A DNA stretch of 64,000 nt, taken from the human T2T-CHM13v2.0 reference genome, Homo sapiens. Positions within the stretch are counted from its first letter, which is position 1. The number at the start of each line of letters is the position of its first letter. This document shows, piece by piece, positions 41,658 through 56,007 of this stretch. A model generated the notes under the pieces. It was not told the origin of the DNA. It worked only from the letters and a program-made list of their open reading frames with translations, and did not search any database. A program made the translations under genes and the position numbers. Where the stretch lies: NCBI RefSeq assembly GCF_009914755.1, contig NC_060931.1; one strand, written 5' to 3'.

Positions 41658-42123
41658 TGTGTTAGTTTTCTATTACTGTTGTAACAAACTACCACACCCT
41701 CAGTGGTTTAAAACAATACTGATTTATTATCTTACAGTGTTAGAGGTCAAAAGTTCAAAACAGTTCACCAGGTTAAAAGCAAGGAGCTGCAGGGCTGCAT
41801 TTCTTCTGGAGCCCCATGGAGAGAGCCATTCCTTGTCTTTTCCATCTTCTAGAGGCTGCCTGCATTTCTTGGCTCATGGCTGCACTTCTCCAATCTCTGC
41901 TTCTGTCATCACATCTCTCATTCCTCTGCCTAACTCTTTTCATTTTAATCACTATCATGATTATGTTAGGTATACCTTGCTAATCCAGGATAGTCTTCCT
42001 ATCTCAAGATACCTAATTTAATTACATCTGCAAAGTCTCTTTTGTCATGGTGGGTAACATATGCACAAGTTCCATTGATTAAAATGTGAATGTCTTTAAA
42101 GGGCCGTTGTTCTGCCTGTCATA
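41658..42123 (-). mobile_element. MLT1C/B MaLR solo LTR
   Basis: tgtgttagttttctattactgttgtaacaaactaccac...attacatctgcaaagtc. Confidence 0.85.
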
Positions 42124-42520
42124 AGAACGTATAGGTTAAAAAATTAACAATATAAATTAGAAAATGTTTTAAATTGAATGAAAAAACCCCACAACATATC
42201 AAAATATGTGGGATTCAGTGAAAGCAGTGCTTAGAGAGACATTTATAGATTTTAGTGCATTAAAAAAAAAGTAAGGACTCAAATCTATGATACTCTTTAA
42301 AAAGAAGAGCAGATTAATACAAACATACAGTGGGAAGAAAACAATAAAAATAATCACAGATATAGATAAAATTAAAAAAGAAACACAATAAAGAAAATTA
42401 ACCAAAGGAAAATCTGGTTTTTTTAAAGATATCAAGAAAATTGCTAAATTTCTAACCAGATTGATTAAGAAAGAGAAAATAAATTACTAATATTAGAAAT
42501 AAGAAAGGGAACACCACTAC

Positions 42521-43285
42521 TGTCAATGAAAAGAGTTAAGCTCTGTAAAATATTTGAAGATATTTATTTGAGCCAAGTATGAGTGACCATGGCCCATGAC
42601 ACAGCCCTCAGGAGGTCCTGAGAACATGTGCCCAAGGTGGTCAGGGTGCAGCTTGGTTTTCTACATTTTAGGGAGGCATGAGACATCAATCAAATACATT
42701 TAAGAAATACATTGGTTTGGTTCAGAAAGGTGGGACAACTCAAGGCAGGGGCTGCCAGGCTATAGGTAAATTTAAACATTTTCTGGTTGACAATTAGGTT
42801 GAGTTTGTCTAAAGACCTGGGGTCAATAGAAAGGAAATGTTCAGGTTAAGATAAAAGATTGTGGAGACTAAGGTTCTTTTGAAGTCTCATAGTGGCTGCC
42901 CTTAGAGACAATAGATGACAAATGTTTCCTATTCAGTCCTTTAAAAGGTGCTAGACAAGTAATCTCTTCAGGACTGGGAAGGCCTGGAAGAAAAAGACCT
43001 AGCTATGTTAATAGAGTTTCTTTACAGATGTAAATTTTCCCCCATAAAGGACAGCTTTGCAGGGCCACTTCAAAATATGGCAAAGAAACATGTTTTGGGG
43101 TAAAATATTTTTATTTTCTTTTTTGTCATGTAATGTTATGCCAGAGTCAGATTGGAAAGTAAGTCACAATATATCAGGTTAAATAAACCCATCTGATGAC
43201 AATTTATGGTTTGTAGGGCATGACTCCCTAGACCCCTTAGATAGGAATTTGGGCAGGATGAGGAAAAACCAGAGCTTAGTCCTCA
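42521..43285 (-). mobile_element. MER4E/E1 solo LTR (ERV1)
   Basis: - strand start tgaggactaagctctg, end ...ttttcattgaca. Perfect 4-bp TSD ctac. Confidence 0.9.
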
Positions 43286-43940
43286 CTACAGATGCTACAG
43301 ACTGTAAAAGGATATTAATGAAACATTATGAACAATACTTTGCCAATAAATATAATTTAACTGACATAAAGTTTCTTTCTTCTCTAAAAAAAAGTTTAAG
43401 GAGGTTTATTCTGAGGCAGTATGAGTGACCATGGCCCAGGGAAGAGTCTCATGAGGTCCTGAGAAATTGTGCCTAAGGCAGTCAGCTTACAGTTTGGTTT
43501 TATACATTTTAGGAAGACAGGAGTTATGAGCAAAGACATAAATCAATACATGTAAGGTATACATTGGCTTCCGCCCAAAAAGATGGGCCATCTTGAAGCA
43601 GGGTCTTACAGGTCAAAGGTGGATTCAAAGATTTCTGATTGGCAATTTGTTGAAAAAAAACTGGAAGTCAACTGAAAGAAATGCTTGAGTTAAGATGATG
43701 GGGGTTGTGGATGCCAAGGTTCTTGTTATGTAGATGAAGCCTCTTAGATAGCAGGTTTCAGAAAGAATATGTGGTAAATTTCTCCTTTGGAACCTCAAAA
43801 GGTGCCAGACTCTTAGTTAATCTCTCCTAGATCCAAGAACACCCAGAAAGGAAAGGCATGAGTCCATTAGTAGAGATTCTCTACAAATACAATTTCCCCA
43901 CAAAAGACAGCTCTGCAGGGCCATTTAAAAGTATTCAAAA

Positions 43941-44241
<301 letters not shown>

Positions 44242-44248
44242 TCAAAAA

Positions 44249-44545
44249 GCTGGGCATGGTGGCTCATACCTGTAATCCCAGCACTTTGGCAGGCGGGTCA
44301 TGAGGTCAGGAGACCAAGACCATCCTGGCTAACACGGTGAAACTCTAAAAATACAAAATTATTGTCTCTTCTAAAAATACAAAAAATTAACCAGGTGTGG
44401 TGGTAGGCACCTGTAGTCCCAGCTACTCAGGAAGCTGAGGCAGGAGAATGGCATGAACCCGGGAGGCGGAGCTTGCAGTAAGCTGAGATCACACCACTGC
44501 ACTCCAGCCTGAGCAACAGAGCAAAACTCCATCTCAAAAAAAAAA
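44249..44545 (+). mobile_element. AluY-lineage, in tandem with the previous Alu
   Basis: catcctggctaacacggtgaaac; ggcggagcttgcag. Confidence 0.93.
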
Positions 44546-44645
44546 TTCAAAAAATACATTTTGAGATAAAATATATTTATTTCCTTCAGGGTCTGCTCTC
44601 TGTCATTTGATGCTATACCAGAGTCAGTTTGAAATTTGGTATCTT

Positions 44646-44848
<203 letters not shown>

Positions 44849-45481
44849 TTATTGCCACAGAGTCTGTTTTCTGTTTTGTCAATCTTATGATCTCTATTTT
44901 AATGTTGATGCTGATTAGTCGTGCCTAAGCTCCAAAAGGGAAAGGGTATAACAAGACATGTCCATTCTCCCTTCACATCATGTCTGGGAATTAAGTTTTT
45001 CATGTTTCTCTGGGGTCCTCTTAGCCAAGAGAAGTTCCATTCAGTCAGTTCTAGGGGCTTAGGGTTTTATTTTTGGATTGCATTCTCTCCTTTTTGGCTA
45101 AGATTTGCTAGAGGCAGCATTGATAGCCAAATTTTATTTTGTCTGTCCCATATCCTTGGTGGTATGGTATGGCTACTTACACTGGGTCTATCCTGTCCCT
45201 CAATGGGACCCCTATGGCCAAGTGACTTCAAGCCAAAAGGATTATAACCAATTAAATGTTTTAGGCCAGACAGGAATGGAAGTGAGCAGGCACTCATCAG
45301 CCCTTAAAACATTTCAAGCAATGTAGGAGCCAAAAACTAAAAGCCCAAAGGCAAGGTTACAAAATTGACTTATGTCTTATGCCTTAAGTTACTCTAATCT
45401 TGGTTTTAGTTACAGGTTTGTAGCAATTAGCTGTATAAAACATAAGCAGTTTGTTAAAACCTTTTAACAAGGGTAAATGCT

Positions 45482-45770
<289 letters not shown>

Positions 45771-46246
45771 CTAAGAAAAGGCTGAAAACATTTGATTAAA
45801 ATGGAATCACAGGTCACTGTAAAATAACAGTTATTCATTTTAGCAGATTGATAATCAAGACTTCAAAAGCAATAAAAAATTTACATGTATGTAAAAACCT
45901 TAAGCCTTTTAATATTCAGTTTTCTTAAATAATCAGAAAACATAATTAAACAATACAGGAATTATGTTAAAACCTTTGTTTCTCAGTCTAGTTATCAAAA
46001 CGGTGAAGAAAAATGTTCTGCAATGGGACTGTTCCCCCTTTAGGGAAGTGGATTTGGATATCCTGAGAGTCAAACCTGATGAAAAGGGTACTTAAATTAG
46101 TAGGACACGGGAAGAGTGTGTCCAGGTTCCTGTGTGAACACTACGTTGTAGAGGAAACTGGAAAACTAGTACCTTCAGCAAGGGGATATGTGATTCTTAG
46201 TCACAGCGTGGGAGGTTTCCTGGCCTTGTTGAACACTTTGGTCATA

Positions 46247-46867
46247 TGTTGGGGCTCTGAAAACAATACACCAAACTGAAAGCTTCACAAGCAGCCTCAG
46301 AAGTAAAAGTTTTTCTTTCTCTGTCTCCTGTCCTTCTGTCTCTCAGTCCCATTTTCCCTCAAGGCTGGTCATAGAAACTAGAATCTATCTTCCTCAAAGC
46401 AGGTCCTAAAAAACAGAACCCTTTTCTCTCAAAGCCAGCCATAAAACCTAAAAATATTAATCCAATTTTCACTCTTCCTTTCTGCATAAGAACTGGCCAT
46501 AAAGAAATTACTAATATCTGACCTACCTTGTTCAACTCTAGATCATAAGAACCCCATACCCAGAAGGAAGGAAGGAAGGCATCTCAGAGAGGTCAAGAGG
46601 AATCTAGACAGATTGGCCTTGCAGGGTTTCCCCACTTCATCTACTAGCATTAGATTATGACTTTTTGTTCAATCATATTTTTATATAATGTCCATACTCT
46701 GTTGAACCTAGGCATAAAAGTGTACAATTCTCTTTATATCTTAGTTCTTCATTTCTGAAGACTCTTGCATATGCACACCAAACAAATCTGCATGCCTTCT
46801 CTTTAACCAATCTGTGTTTTGTGAGTTGATTTTTCAGCAAAACTTTAGAGGGCTCCTGGCCCCTAAA
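46247..46867 (+). mobile_element. MER39-family ERV1 solo LTR
   Basis: Starts tgttggggctctgaaaacaatac. 4-bp TSD cata. Confidence 0.75.
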
Positions 46868-49627
46868 CATATTAAGAAAAGCCAACAGTATAGAATTAAG
46901 TTATACTGGAGAAAAACATTGCCCTTTTAAACCTTCAAGATAAAATATTTCAGCATCAGGCCATAACAACAGATTTAGAACTGGAGAAAAAAAGTTACAG
47001 GGGCCGACAAAAAGTTGAAGGAGAAAGTTTCCATCTCAGGCCTTCTTGAAGGGAGAAAAAGCTGAAGGCAGCAAGATACAGCAGAAGTTGAGCTTCTGAT
47101 ATATCAATCTGAGAAGTTTCTAAAAGAAACAGATTATGGAATTTAAAAATCAAAGTATTTTGCAATTTCCTTAAAAGCAAGTCAATACTTTAAGAAAAAC
47201 TTGTTCTAATCTTGTTGCTTAGTTTTGTATTAGTGTGTTTTTAGTATCAAAGTTCAATATCTAGGAAGAATGTTATAAATACTTTCCTTTTAGTTATAGC
47301 CAACTTAATCATGTACAAAATTTTTTTTCATAATTTCTATTTTTATGAACCTTATCACAACTTACACAGACCAATTACAACATGCTTAGACTTTCTGTTT
47401 TGTCTTAAATTTCCCTCTTTTTAAAATAACCAGTCATTTTACTTTAGGACAAAAATTTGCCGTACAAGATTCTTTGAAATCAAAGGAACATCAACCAAGC
47501 AAGAAAAATACATCTTCACATCTATAACTTTCATCATTTCACTCTCTCCTATTTATTGGTTCCTTTTTAATGTTTTCATAAATAACCTTTCAATAACTTC
47601 TGAATTGCACAAAATTACTCTTTTTCTCAATAAGAATACAACTTTATGTCTTTCTTATAATTTACTTATTTTATTAAAAACACATCTTCTTTGGTATATT
47701 TTACACATAGAATTATATGCCAACTAGAATTTTTATTTTTGGTAGTGTTGAATTTTAGTGAAAACCTAGGAAGCAAGAAATCCCAAACTGTCTAGCAAAT
47801 GTTAGCTTTTTATAGATGAAACCAATCTATAATTTTTGGAAATATGGTTCTTCAACTATAACTCTTTTCTAATTGGAAATGACCCAGACAATTAATGAGT
47901 ACCTGTTACTTAATCCAAAATAATTTTGAGATTTTAAACTACATAAAAATTCACCTATAAGCATTTATCACATTTACATTTACTCAATTTCTTCATTTTC
48001 AGCAGTTTACCTGGATTACTTATGAGAACTAAGGCATTAGACAAAGCTAGTCATCATTTAAAGTTATTTCCTTGCTAACCAGTTTTATAGCCTGTGACTA
48101 TCAGGTGTTCACCTTAATCAGAACCTTGAAGTTAAACATATAGATATTTTTTGCTGATAATTCAGAGGATTTAGCTGTTTTCATTAAATCAACAACATTA
48201 AATTAGTCTTATTTATCAAAAATTACACAAACAAAAACCATTCTGTTTTAGCCTGGATTTATAGCTTTATAACCTTTGTGCCAAATCGTGGCACCTTAAA
48301 ATATAAATATAAAAACTACATGAGCAATAAACCCAGGCAAAAATGTATGCTGACAATTCTGAATACATGTCTAGTTTTATTTTACCAATAATTTTAAAGC
48401 CAGCTTATTTACTAATGATCTACTCAAGTTACATGAACTTGAAAGGCACTTGGGCTTATTTACTTAATTTATGAGTACTTCATTATTTATAAGCCAATTT
48501 GGAACCAGGCAGACACAACATAATACATGTATATCCATAGAAACACATCTAAACACAAACACACGCACACACAGAGTTCAGGGGGTGGGGGAGAGAGAGA
48601 GAGAGAGAGAGAGACTTTTACTTTGGGACCCTAGCCATGGGATAGCAGTACAAACTTACTGGCTTACAAAAGATGACTGGATTCAAATTATTTCTGGCAA
48701 GATTGGGGCCTGTTCATACAGCTAAACTTTAGTTGCCCTGATTGGTAATGCAATAAAGGCTGTGGACCAAAATTTTAGGTATAACGTTTTCCATAGAAGT
48801 TTGATTTTAAAACCTCTTTCACTCTTTTTTAAGTAAATTTAGGGTTAAATTCTTAATGCTTACATTTTAGCTAGAACCGGCTGAACTGTGTAAGAAAAAC
48901 AAAGTCTCCCAAGTAGCCTTGAGTTAGTAATGCCATAAACAGTGGCTTTTATCTCAATGCTGGTAGAAAAGTAACAGTGGATTTAAAGCAGGCAGAGAAG
49001 AAAATAGAGACAGAGAACTTAAGAGACTGTATTTAACTCTATAGTTGCAAGTCAACTATTACACTCTGAATTTTTCCTGATGTAATTTACCCATGTGTTT
49101 AAAAATGTGTACAAGAACAGACCATAATATGTAACCAACTGGAGTCCTAGAAAACCTAACATGGCTTCAAATTTTCCCATTTACACAAATACTTGTGAGT
49201 AGAGGCACCATAAAACCAACCAGCGTGCCCAAAGCGGGTCTTTCTCCTTGTCTTTTCTCATTCTTAGAGGATTCATTTCCTTTTTTAAAGGCAGGAACTG
49301 AACTGTAGTCTGGGGTTCAGTGTAGTGGAGTTGAGAAGCTCAGTCTCTCATTCATTTACAGAAAGGACAGTTGTGTTTCTTCCATAAATGTGTAGAGGAG
49401 CCAATTTAGATTAATTTTGGGAGAAAAAGACAACACAGAAGACCCTTTAGAATGCACCTCTGAATCAGAGTTAGGATCCCAAACAATAACTTCCTAGGAA
49501 AAGAACCAGCTAAGAATAAACCAAAGGAACATCAACCAAGCATGAAGCCTGGGGCTCAGGAGGACTTACCAGTTCTATGTAAGGAGAAACTCAAAGTCAG
49601 AGGGCTTTCAACGGGCCCATACTTGTA

Positions 49628-49689
49628 TTAGGTTGGTGCAAATGTAATCGCAAAACGGCAAATCTGCAATTACTTTTGCATGAAACAAA
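49628..49689. mobile_element. MADE1 (Hsmar1 MITE), internally deleted
   Basis: ttaggttggtgcaaatgtaat...gcaattacttttgca. Confidence 0.85.
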
Positions 49690-49744
49690 TGCCTTAGCTC
49701 TGAGTTTGGGTGCCTCCTTCAGAGGGTCTTGAGTTTCTCCAAGG

Positions 49745-49762
49745 TCCCCACATTGGGTGCCA
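49745..49762 (-). promoter_or_regulatory. Retroviral primer-binding site, tRNA-Lys(CUU)-like
   Basis: TGGCACCCAATGTGGGGA vs TGGCGCCCAACGTGGGGC. Two of the three mismatches are CpG decay. Confidence 0.75.
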
Positions 49763-50013
49763 ATTAATTGTTAATGGAAAAAACAAACTTTGTAAAATAT
49801 TTAAAGAGGTTTATTCTGAGCCAATATGAGTGACCACGGCCTGAGGAACAGTCTCAAAATGTCCTGAGGAAGTGGGCCCCTGAAATATAAATTTCTTGAC
49901 AGACACAATGTACCAAAGCCCACTCAAAAAGAAATATATAATCTGAACAGTACTATATTTATTAAAGTGATGGAATATATAGTTTAAAACTTTTCCACAA
50001 AAAATCGATGATT

Positions 50014-50046
50014 GATAGATGATAGATAGATATAGATAGATAGATA
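50014..50046. repeat. (GATA)n microsatellite, imperfect
   Basis: Directly visible. Confidence 0.85.
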
Positions 50047-50422
50047 AAAATTTGGGCTGAGGGAACTGTTCTTGTGATTTCTACAAAACATTTACAGAAT
50101 AAATAATATCAGTTGAACACATTTTTTTCCAGGCAATTGATGAGGATGCAAATTTTCCCAAATTATTTTATGAAACCAGCATTATGCTGATAACCAAACT
50201 GGACAAAGACATTTTAAGAAAAGAAAGCTGCTGAACAATATCCCTCACAAACATAGAAGCAGAAATTATTAGCCAAATATTAGCAAATTGAATCCAGCAT
50301 TGTACAGAAAAGTTAGTAAATCATCACAAAGTAGGGTTTAGTAAAGGAATATGAATTTAGTTCAACATTAAAAAATAAGTCACTGTAATTCATAACATCA
50401 GCAAAATGTTATGTAAATATAT

Positions 50423-50725
50423 TGATATAGTTTGCATGTTTGTCCCTTCCAAATCTCATGTTGAAATGTAGTTTCCGTTTTTAGAGGTGGGGCCTAGTAG
50501 GAGGTGTTTGAGTTAGGGGTCAGACCCCTCACAAATGGCTCAGTGGCCTCTCTTTGTTAATGAATTAATGTGAGATCTGATTGCTTAGAATAGTCTGGCA
50601 CCTTCAACTCTCTTACTTACTCTCACACTGTGTGATGCTTCTGAAACCCTTCCCTTTTACCATGACTAAGAGCTTCCTGAGGTCTCACCAGAACCCAAGG
50701 AGACGTTATTCCCATGCTTGAAAGC
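50423..50725 (+). mobile_element. MSTB-type LTR, 3'-truncated
   Basis: tgatatagtttgcatgtttgtcccttccaaatctcatgttgaaatg. Confidence 0.8.
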
Positions 50726-52419
50726 CTCTATATGACTTAGATGTCAATTCTCTCCCCAAATAATCTGTAAATTCAACACAATCACAATAAAAATCTTTGC
50801 ATTCTGTTTTGTATAAGTTGGTGTCAAACAAGCACATGTGATAATGTTAAAAACTGTTAGATATTAGAGAAATGCAAACGAAACTATAATGACATACCGC
50901 TGCACACCCACCAGAATGGATATGATTGGTACAACTGATATTGCTGAGTTTTGGTAAGGATATGGAGCATCTGAGAAATCTATATATTGCTGGTGGAAAT
51001 GCAAAATGTTACAACCACTTTGCAAAACAGTTTGTCATTTTCTCATAAAATTAAATATATACTTACCATCTGACAGCCATTCTGCTCTAGGTATTTATCC
51101 AAGAGAAATAAAAACATATGTCCACACAAAGACCTGCATGTGACTGTTTATAGCAGCTTTTTCATAATATCAAAAAATCTAGAAACAATGTAACTATCCA
51201 TTAACTGGACAATCAATGGATAAACAAAATATAGTCCACCCACAAAATGAAATGGTATTCAGTAAAATAAATGAACGAACCAGTGATACATGTTAAAACG
51301 TGGATGAATCTCAAATATGCTAAGTGAAAGAATCCAGACACAAAAATTTATATACTGTATGATTCCATTTATATGACATTCTTCCAAATGTAAAACTATA
51401 GAGACAGAAAGTAAATCAGGGATTGCCAGGGACTAGGAGTGGAGAGAAGGGAATGTCTACAAAGGGTCATGACTCATGAGGGACCTTTTTTGTAGTGGTG
51501 GAAATGTTCTCTATCTTGATTTCGGTGGTAGTTAAATGACACTATACATTCATCAAAATTTATCAAACCACACACTTTAAATGGGTGAATTTTATTGCAT
51601 ATAAATTATACCTCAATGTATTTTAGTTAAAAAAAACAAGAAAACAAAAAACTCGAAAACCAGGATAGTTATAAACCATATTCGATACTGTCCAACATTC
51701 TATTCAAGGTTGGCTATTTCCCTTAAAGCTTCAATGATTCCATTTAAATGAATTCTTACCTATGCCTTCCTGATTTAATGTACTCAAAGCCTAAACAAAT
51801 AAAAACATTATGTTAGAACTATTACTAAGGTAAGGCTACGTGGGTCTGAGATTATGGGGAAAATTCTAATTGAAATAATTTAAACTAATGCCGTTTTAAG
51901 TACAAATTGCTGAAAAAAAATGTACAACCCTCTGCTCTAATAAAAGAACGAACAGGAAAGAATAAAAGAATTAAAATGGAGAAATATTTACGTAGAAGGC
52001 TGGTTATCAGAAATACTCCCACCCCTTAAATGTATAATTGAGTATGGAAATGGTGTTTTGGAAAGAAAGACTGGTACTTTTCCTGGCTTGTGAGCCCCAG
52101 GCAAAAAGTCATCTCAAAGGAAAATGAGTCAGACATTTACAGGCTGTTTTTTTTTTCTTTTTTCTTTCTTTGCTTTTTAAAATTCTGGATGCACTCAGGA
52201 CTGTCCCTGCTTTGGGTTGTCATGTCCTTTTAGTCCTCTTTACTCTAGAAGGTTCTTGTTTTTTATTTTTCATACCTTTGACATTTTCGAGGAGTCCAGG
52301 TAAGTTGTGTCATTGAATGTGCCATAATCTGGATTTGACTAATTGTTGTCTCATAACTACATTTAGGTTAAATATTTTTGGCATGAATACTACAATAGAG
52401 ATATGTATATTTGATTTCT

Positions 52420-53682
52420 TCAGGTCTGTGAGAATCTGATCTCCCAAGAGCCAACATCTCAAGAAATTTTATCTTTCACAAATGCAGATGTACATAAAGG
52501 ACATCTCTTTATTTATTGATAAAGTTTCAATGTTTATAAATACTTGCACACTGCTCATACACGAAGTTAACATGGTGATAACACAATTTCATGTGGTCAT
52601 ATTTGCAAAAAACATACATAAAACAAATGACAACTCTCTAAAAGTTTCCATACAATTTATACCTCCAGTATTGAAAATGATGTGAAGATGAAATACACAG
52701 CATAGCACATTGTAAAAAACAATTCTGTCAATTTCAAATAGTGGGAAAAAAAGCTGAAAAAAAGAAAAGAAAAATACTAAAAAGAAATTTCCATATATGA
52801 AAAAGTGTATTACAGGGGTAGATTATGGGTAATTACACAGAGATAGTCCATAAAAGCTGGCTGACTTTTGCACTCATTAACTGTATTTTGAAGTCTTGCA
52901 TCAGAATGAATAGCTGCCTTTTTTTGTTTTAAAATATGACTCTCCTGGGAGAATATGTTCACATTCATTTTCCACATGATGCTGCTCTTTTTGAAATTTT
53001 TTCTGTGATTTAACATATGCCAACAGGAGCATTTCCTATTAAGTTTTCCCATCTTCTGTGTGATGCTTCCATATTGTTTTGGGTATTTGGAAATCAATTC
53101 CACATATGGTCATATACAGACCATAAATTTGGTGGAAACAATACTGATGATGGAACAGCACTGTTTCATAAATATTTTCTTATAGTACCATGCATATAAT
53201 TATTTTTTAACCATTTGGTAACTTAACTGGCTTCTTCAAGCAAATGTAGCTTTAATTCATTAAAAGATCCTGGGATGTCATCAGCTGGAAGGAATGCAAT
53301 GTAGACAAATGACTCATTTTTAAACTAAAGTTTTCATAGTTGCCATATCATATGGCCAATCCACTCACCTGAATTTTCTGCCAAATGCATTGGACTGAAC
53401 AGAAAAATACAACTTTATGGGTAATAGCTTGAAATTCACTTTTAGAATCCTCACTGGAGCCTAATTCCAAATCTCTCATTATGGTTTGGGGATTCCATTG
53501 AAATCAATTTTCTTCAGCAAAAAGACAGTAACAAGGTAATAGTTCCATCTAATATGATGTAGTGATCCTGTGAGTGTAATTTTTGAGATTTTAGACATTA
53601 GGAATTTTAGGCTTTAGGGATTTTGATCTTTAGGAATTCCGACAGTTGGGATTGTGTCTTTAGGGATTATGATCCAAAACCA
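52420..53682 (-). mobile_element. Ricksha (MULE/MuDR) DNA transposon with transposase remnant
   Basis: Terminal ggttttggatcataatccctaaagacacaatccc with subterminal repeats. - strand LFPPNLWSVYDHMWN*FPNTQNNMEASHRRWENL; ends HNLPL* at 52810. Confidence 0.85.
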
Positions 53683-53736
53683 ATTTGGACATATCCTCAT
53701 GTAAGTTTTCTTGTGCTGCCTCTCACCTCATTGTAG

Positions 53737-54140
53737 ACAGCTTTCTTAATTTGGATGCCCCTAAAAGAAGATCTGGAGACAATGATTCTAAGTGCTCCCA
53801 GGATGGAAGGAGAGAATGGGCGAGTGAGACAGAAAGGAGCATGTTCTCGAGTCACCTGTCACTGTGGCTGATAGGAGCAGAGTACCACAGGACTCCAGGA
53901 GAAAAACATAGGGCACCTGCCTCAGAGTTATCCCTTATGAGATATAAGATTTGGGGCATTTATTGCCCATTCCCTTTAGTCATTTGTGGAGGGCTGCTGG
54001 CGGGTGGGAGGCAGGACAGAGCAGCAGTGGTATTAGTATTTTCTGGAACTTCCAACTCTGTGCCCTTGAACTAAGCAGACAAAGGCAGCTGGAGCTTAGG
54101 CTTTGTGCAGTTACGCATGAGGTCTAAAGGGGTACTGGTG
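53737..54140 (-). mobile_element. LTR33-like ERVL LTR
   Basis: cacctgcctcagagttatccc...gtcatttgtggagggctgct. Confidence 0.55.
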
Positions 54141-54877
54141 GTGGCTCCTAATGCCTCAGTGGCTTCACCTCTTTCATTCTGTCCCAGTCCTGTGGGAACT
54201 ACTGTTTGAATGCTCTAACTCCCTCTCCTACCAAAACCGGCTCAGTTCTGCCCACCTATAACTGAGACATCTATGGTTAATATCACCTCTCTTTGCTCCA
54301 ACATAAGTATTTTCCCAATAGGTAATCCACAAAAGAATCAGCTTCACTAAAGACCAGTATGAACATGTGTGTTTGCTTTGAGGTGTAGATGGAATAAGCA
54401 GTAACAAGATCTGGCAGAAAAAGAAGCAGCTGTGCTGACCTGTCAGGTCTTTCTCCTCCCTTTACTGTGCTACCAACAACCTGTTTTTCTTCCCAAGCCT
54501 AAAAAAGATGAGGCATTTCCATTTTTCTCTTCTGCTAAACATTTTTATTGAGCTATGATATCATTCTTGTTCTGTTGCAGGTCTCTTTCTGTCAAGGATT
54601 TACATATGATTTATAAGTAGATTGACTCAACAAACTCCAGTCCAACTGGCACAGCTTATTTGCAACATTGCAGTTGCTGCTCTTTGGTGATCATATTCCC
54701 TGCAGAGGAACACTCTTTTGCCAATATTTATCTTTTTCCATACATTTGACCAGCTTTCTCTATGATCATGGTCTTACTTCCCTTATCCCACATTGCCTAG
54801 TCGACTATGCAAGGCCTCCCTCCTCCCAATCCTCCTAGCCCCATTCATATATCTGTCCTATTGTCAATCTTTTATGT

Positions 54878-55408
54878 CAGTGGTCCCCAGCCTTTTTGGT
54901 ACCAAGGACTGGTTTTGTGGAAGACAATTTTTTCATGGACAAATGTTGGGGTATGGTTTAGAGATGATCAAGCACATTACACTTATTGTGCACTTTATTT
55001 CTATTATTATTACACTATAATATATAATGAAATAATTATACAACTCACCATAATGTAGAATCAGTGAGAGCCCTGAGCTTCTTTTCCTGCAAGTAGATTG
55101 TCCTATCTGGGGATGATGGAAGACAGTGACAGATCATCAGGCATTAGATTTTCATAAGGAGCGTGCAATCTAGAACCCTTGCATAAGCAGTTCACAATAG
55201 GGTTTGTGCTCCTATGAGAATGTAATGCCACTGCTGATCTGATAGGATGCACAGCTCAGGTGGTAATGTGAGAGATGGGGAGAGGCTGTACATACAGATG
55301 AAGCTTCACTGCCTCACCCACCACTCACCTCCTGCTGTGTTAGACTGGTATTGGTCTAACGGGTCACAGACCAGTACCAGTATGTGGGCTGGGGGTTGGG
55401 GGTGCCTG
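54878..55408. mobile_element. MER1A
   Basis: cagtggtccccagcctttttggtacc...ggttgggggtgcctg. 8-bp TSD (t/c)tttatgt. Confidence 0.92.
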
Positions 55409-55435
55409 CTTTATGTTATGCCATATTCCTTAGAG

Positions 55436-55644
55436 CAGGGGTCAAAAAACTTCTTCTGTAAAGAACAGGATAGTAAATATTTGTTTGTGGGTGATATGGT
55501 CTCTGTTACAGTTTTACCATTATAGAGCAAGCAACCATAGACCATACATGAATAAATGAATATGACTGTGTTCCAAGAAAACTTTTTTTAATAAAATAGG
55601 CAGTGAAACAAATTTGCCTGTAGTCCGTAGTTTGTCAAACCCTG
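55436..55644. mobile_element. MER58A
   Basis: caggggtcaaaaaac...gtagtttgtcaaaccctg. Confidence 0.88.
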
Positions 55645-55913
55645 CTTTATAACATAGGAACAACTTTTTGAGAGTGCCTGTGTTGAATCTGCCATGGACT
55701 GACCTGCTATGCAACTAAAGCAACTAGAATTAATGATGCTAATGTGTCCCATGAACCTGTATTCCTTTCTACTGCATATTTTTTTAAGACTTGAGGAACA
55801 AAATTGAATTCTGATATAACAGTTATTTTCTTTGCAGTTCAGACACAGGCAGAATCAAGAACATAACAGGTTATACACGGGCAGGACCCTTAAATACACA
55901 CACACATGCATAC

Positions 55914-56007
55914 ATATAAATATATATTTATATATAAATGTAATATACATTTATTATATATAATATATATTACATATAAAAACTGAATATATATATATTC
56001 AGTTTTT
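55914..56007. repeat. AT-rich cluster of palindromes
   Basis: Perfect 20-bp (55914-55933) and 30-bp (55978-56007) palindromes. Confidence 0.9.

Noticed and set aside
42521-43285. MER41 interferon-responsive LTR
   Set aside because: The termini match the MER4E family, not MER41.
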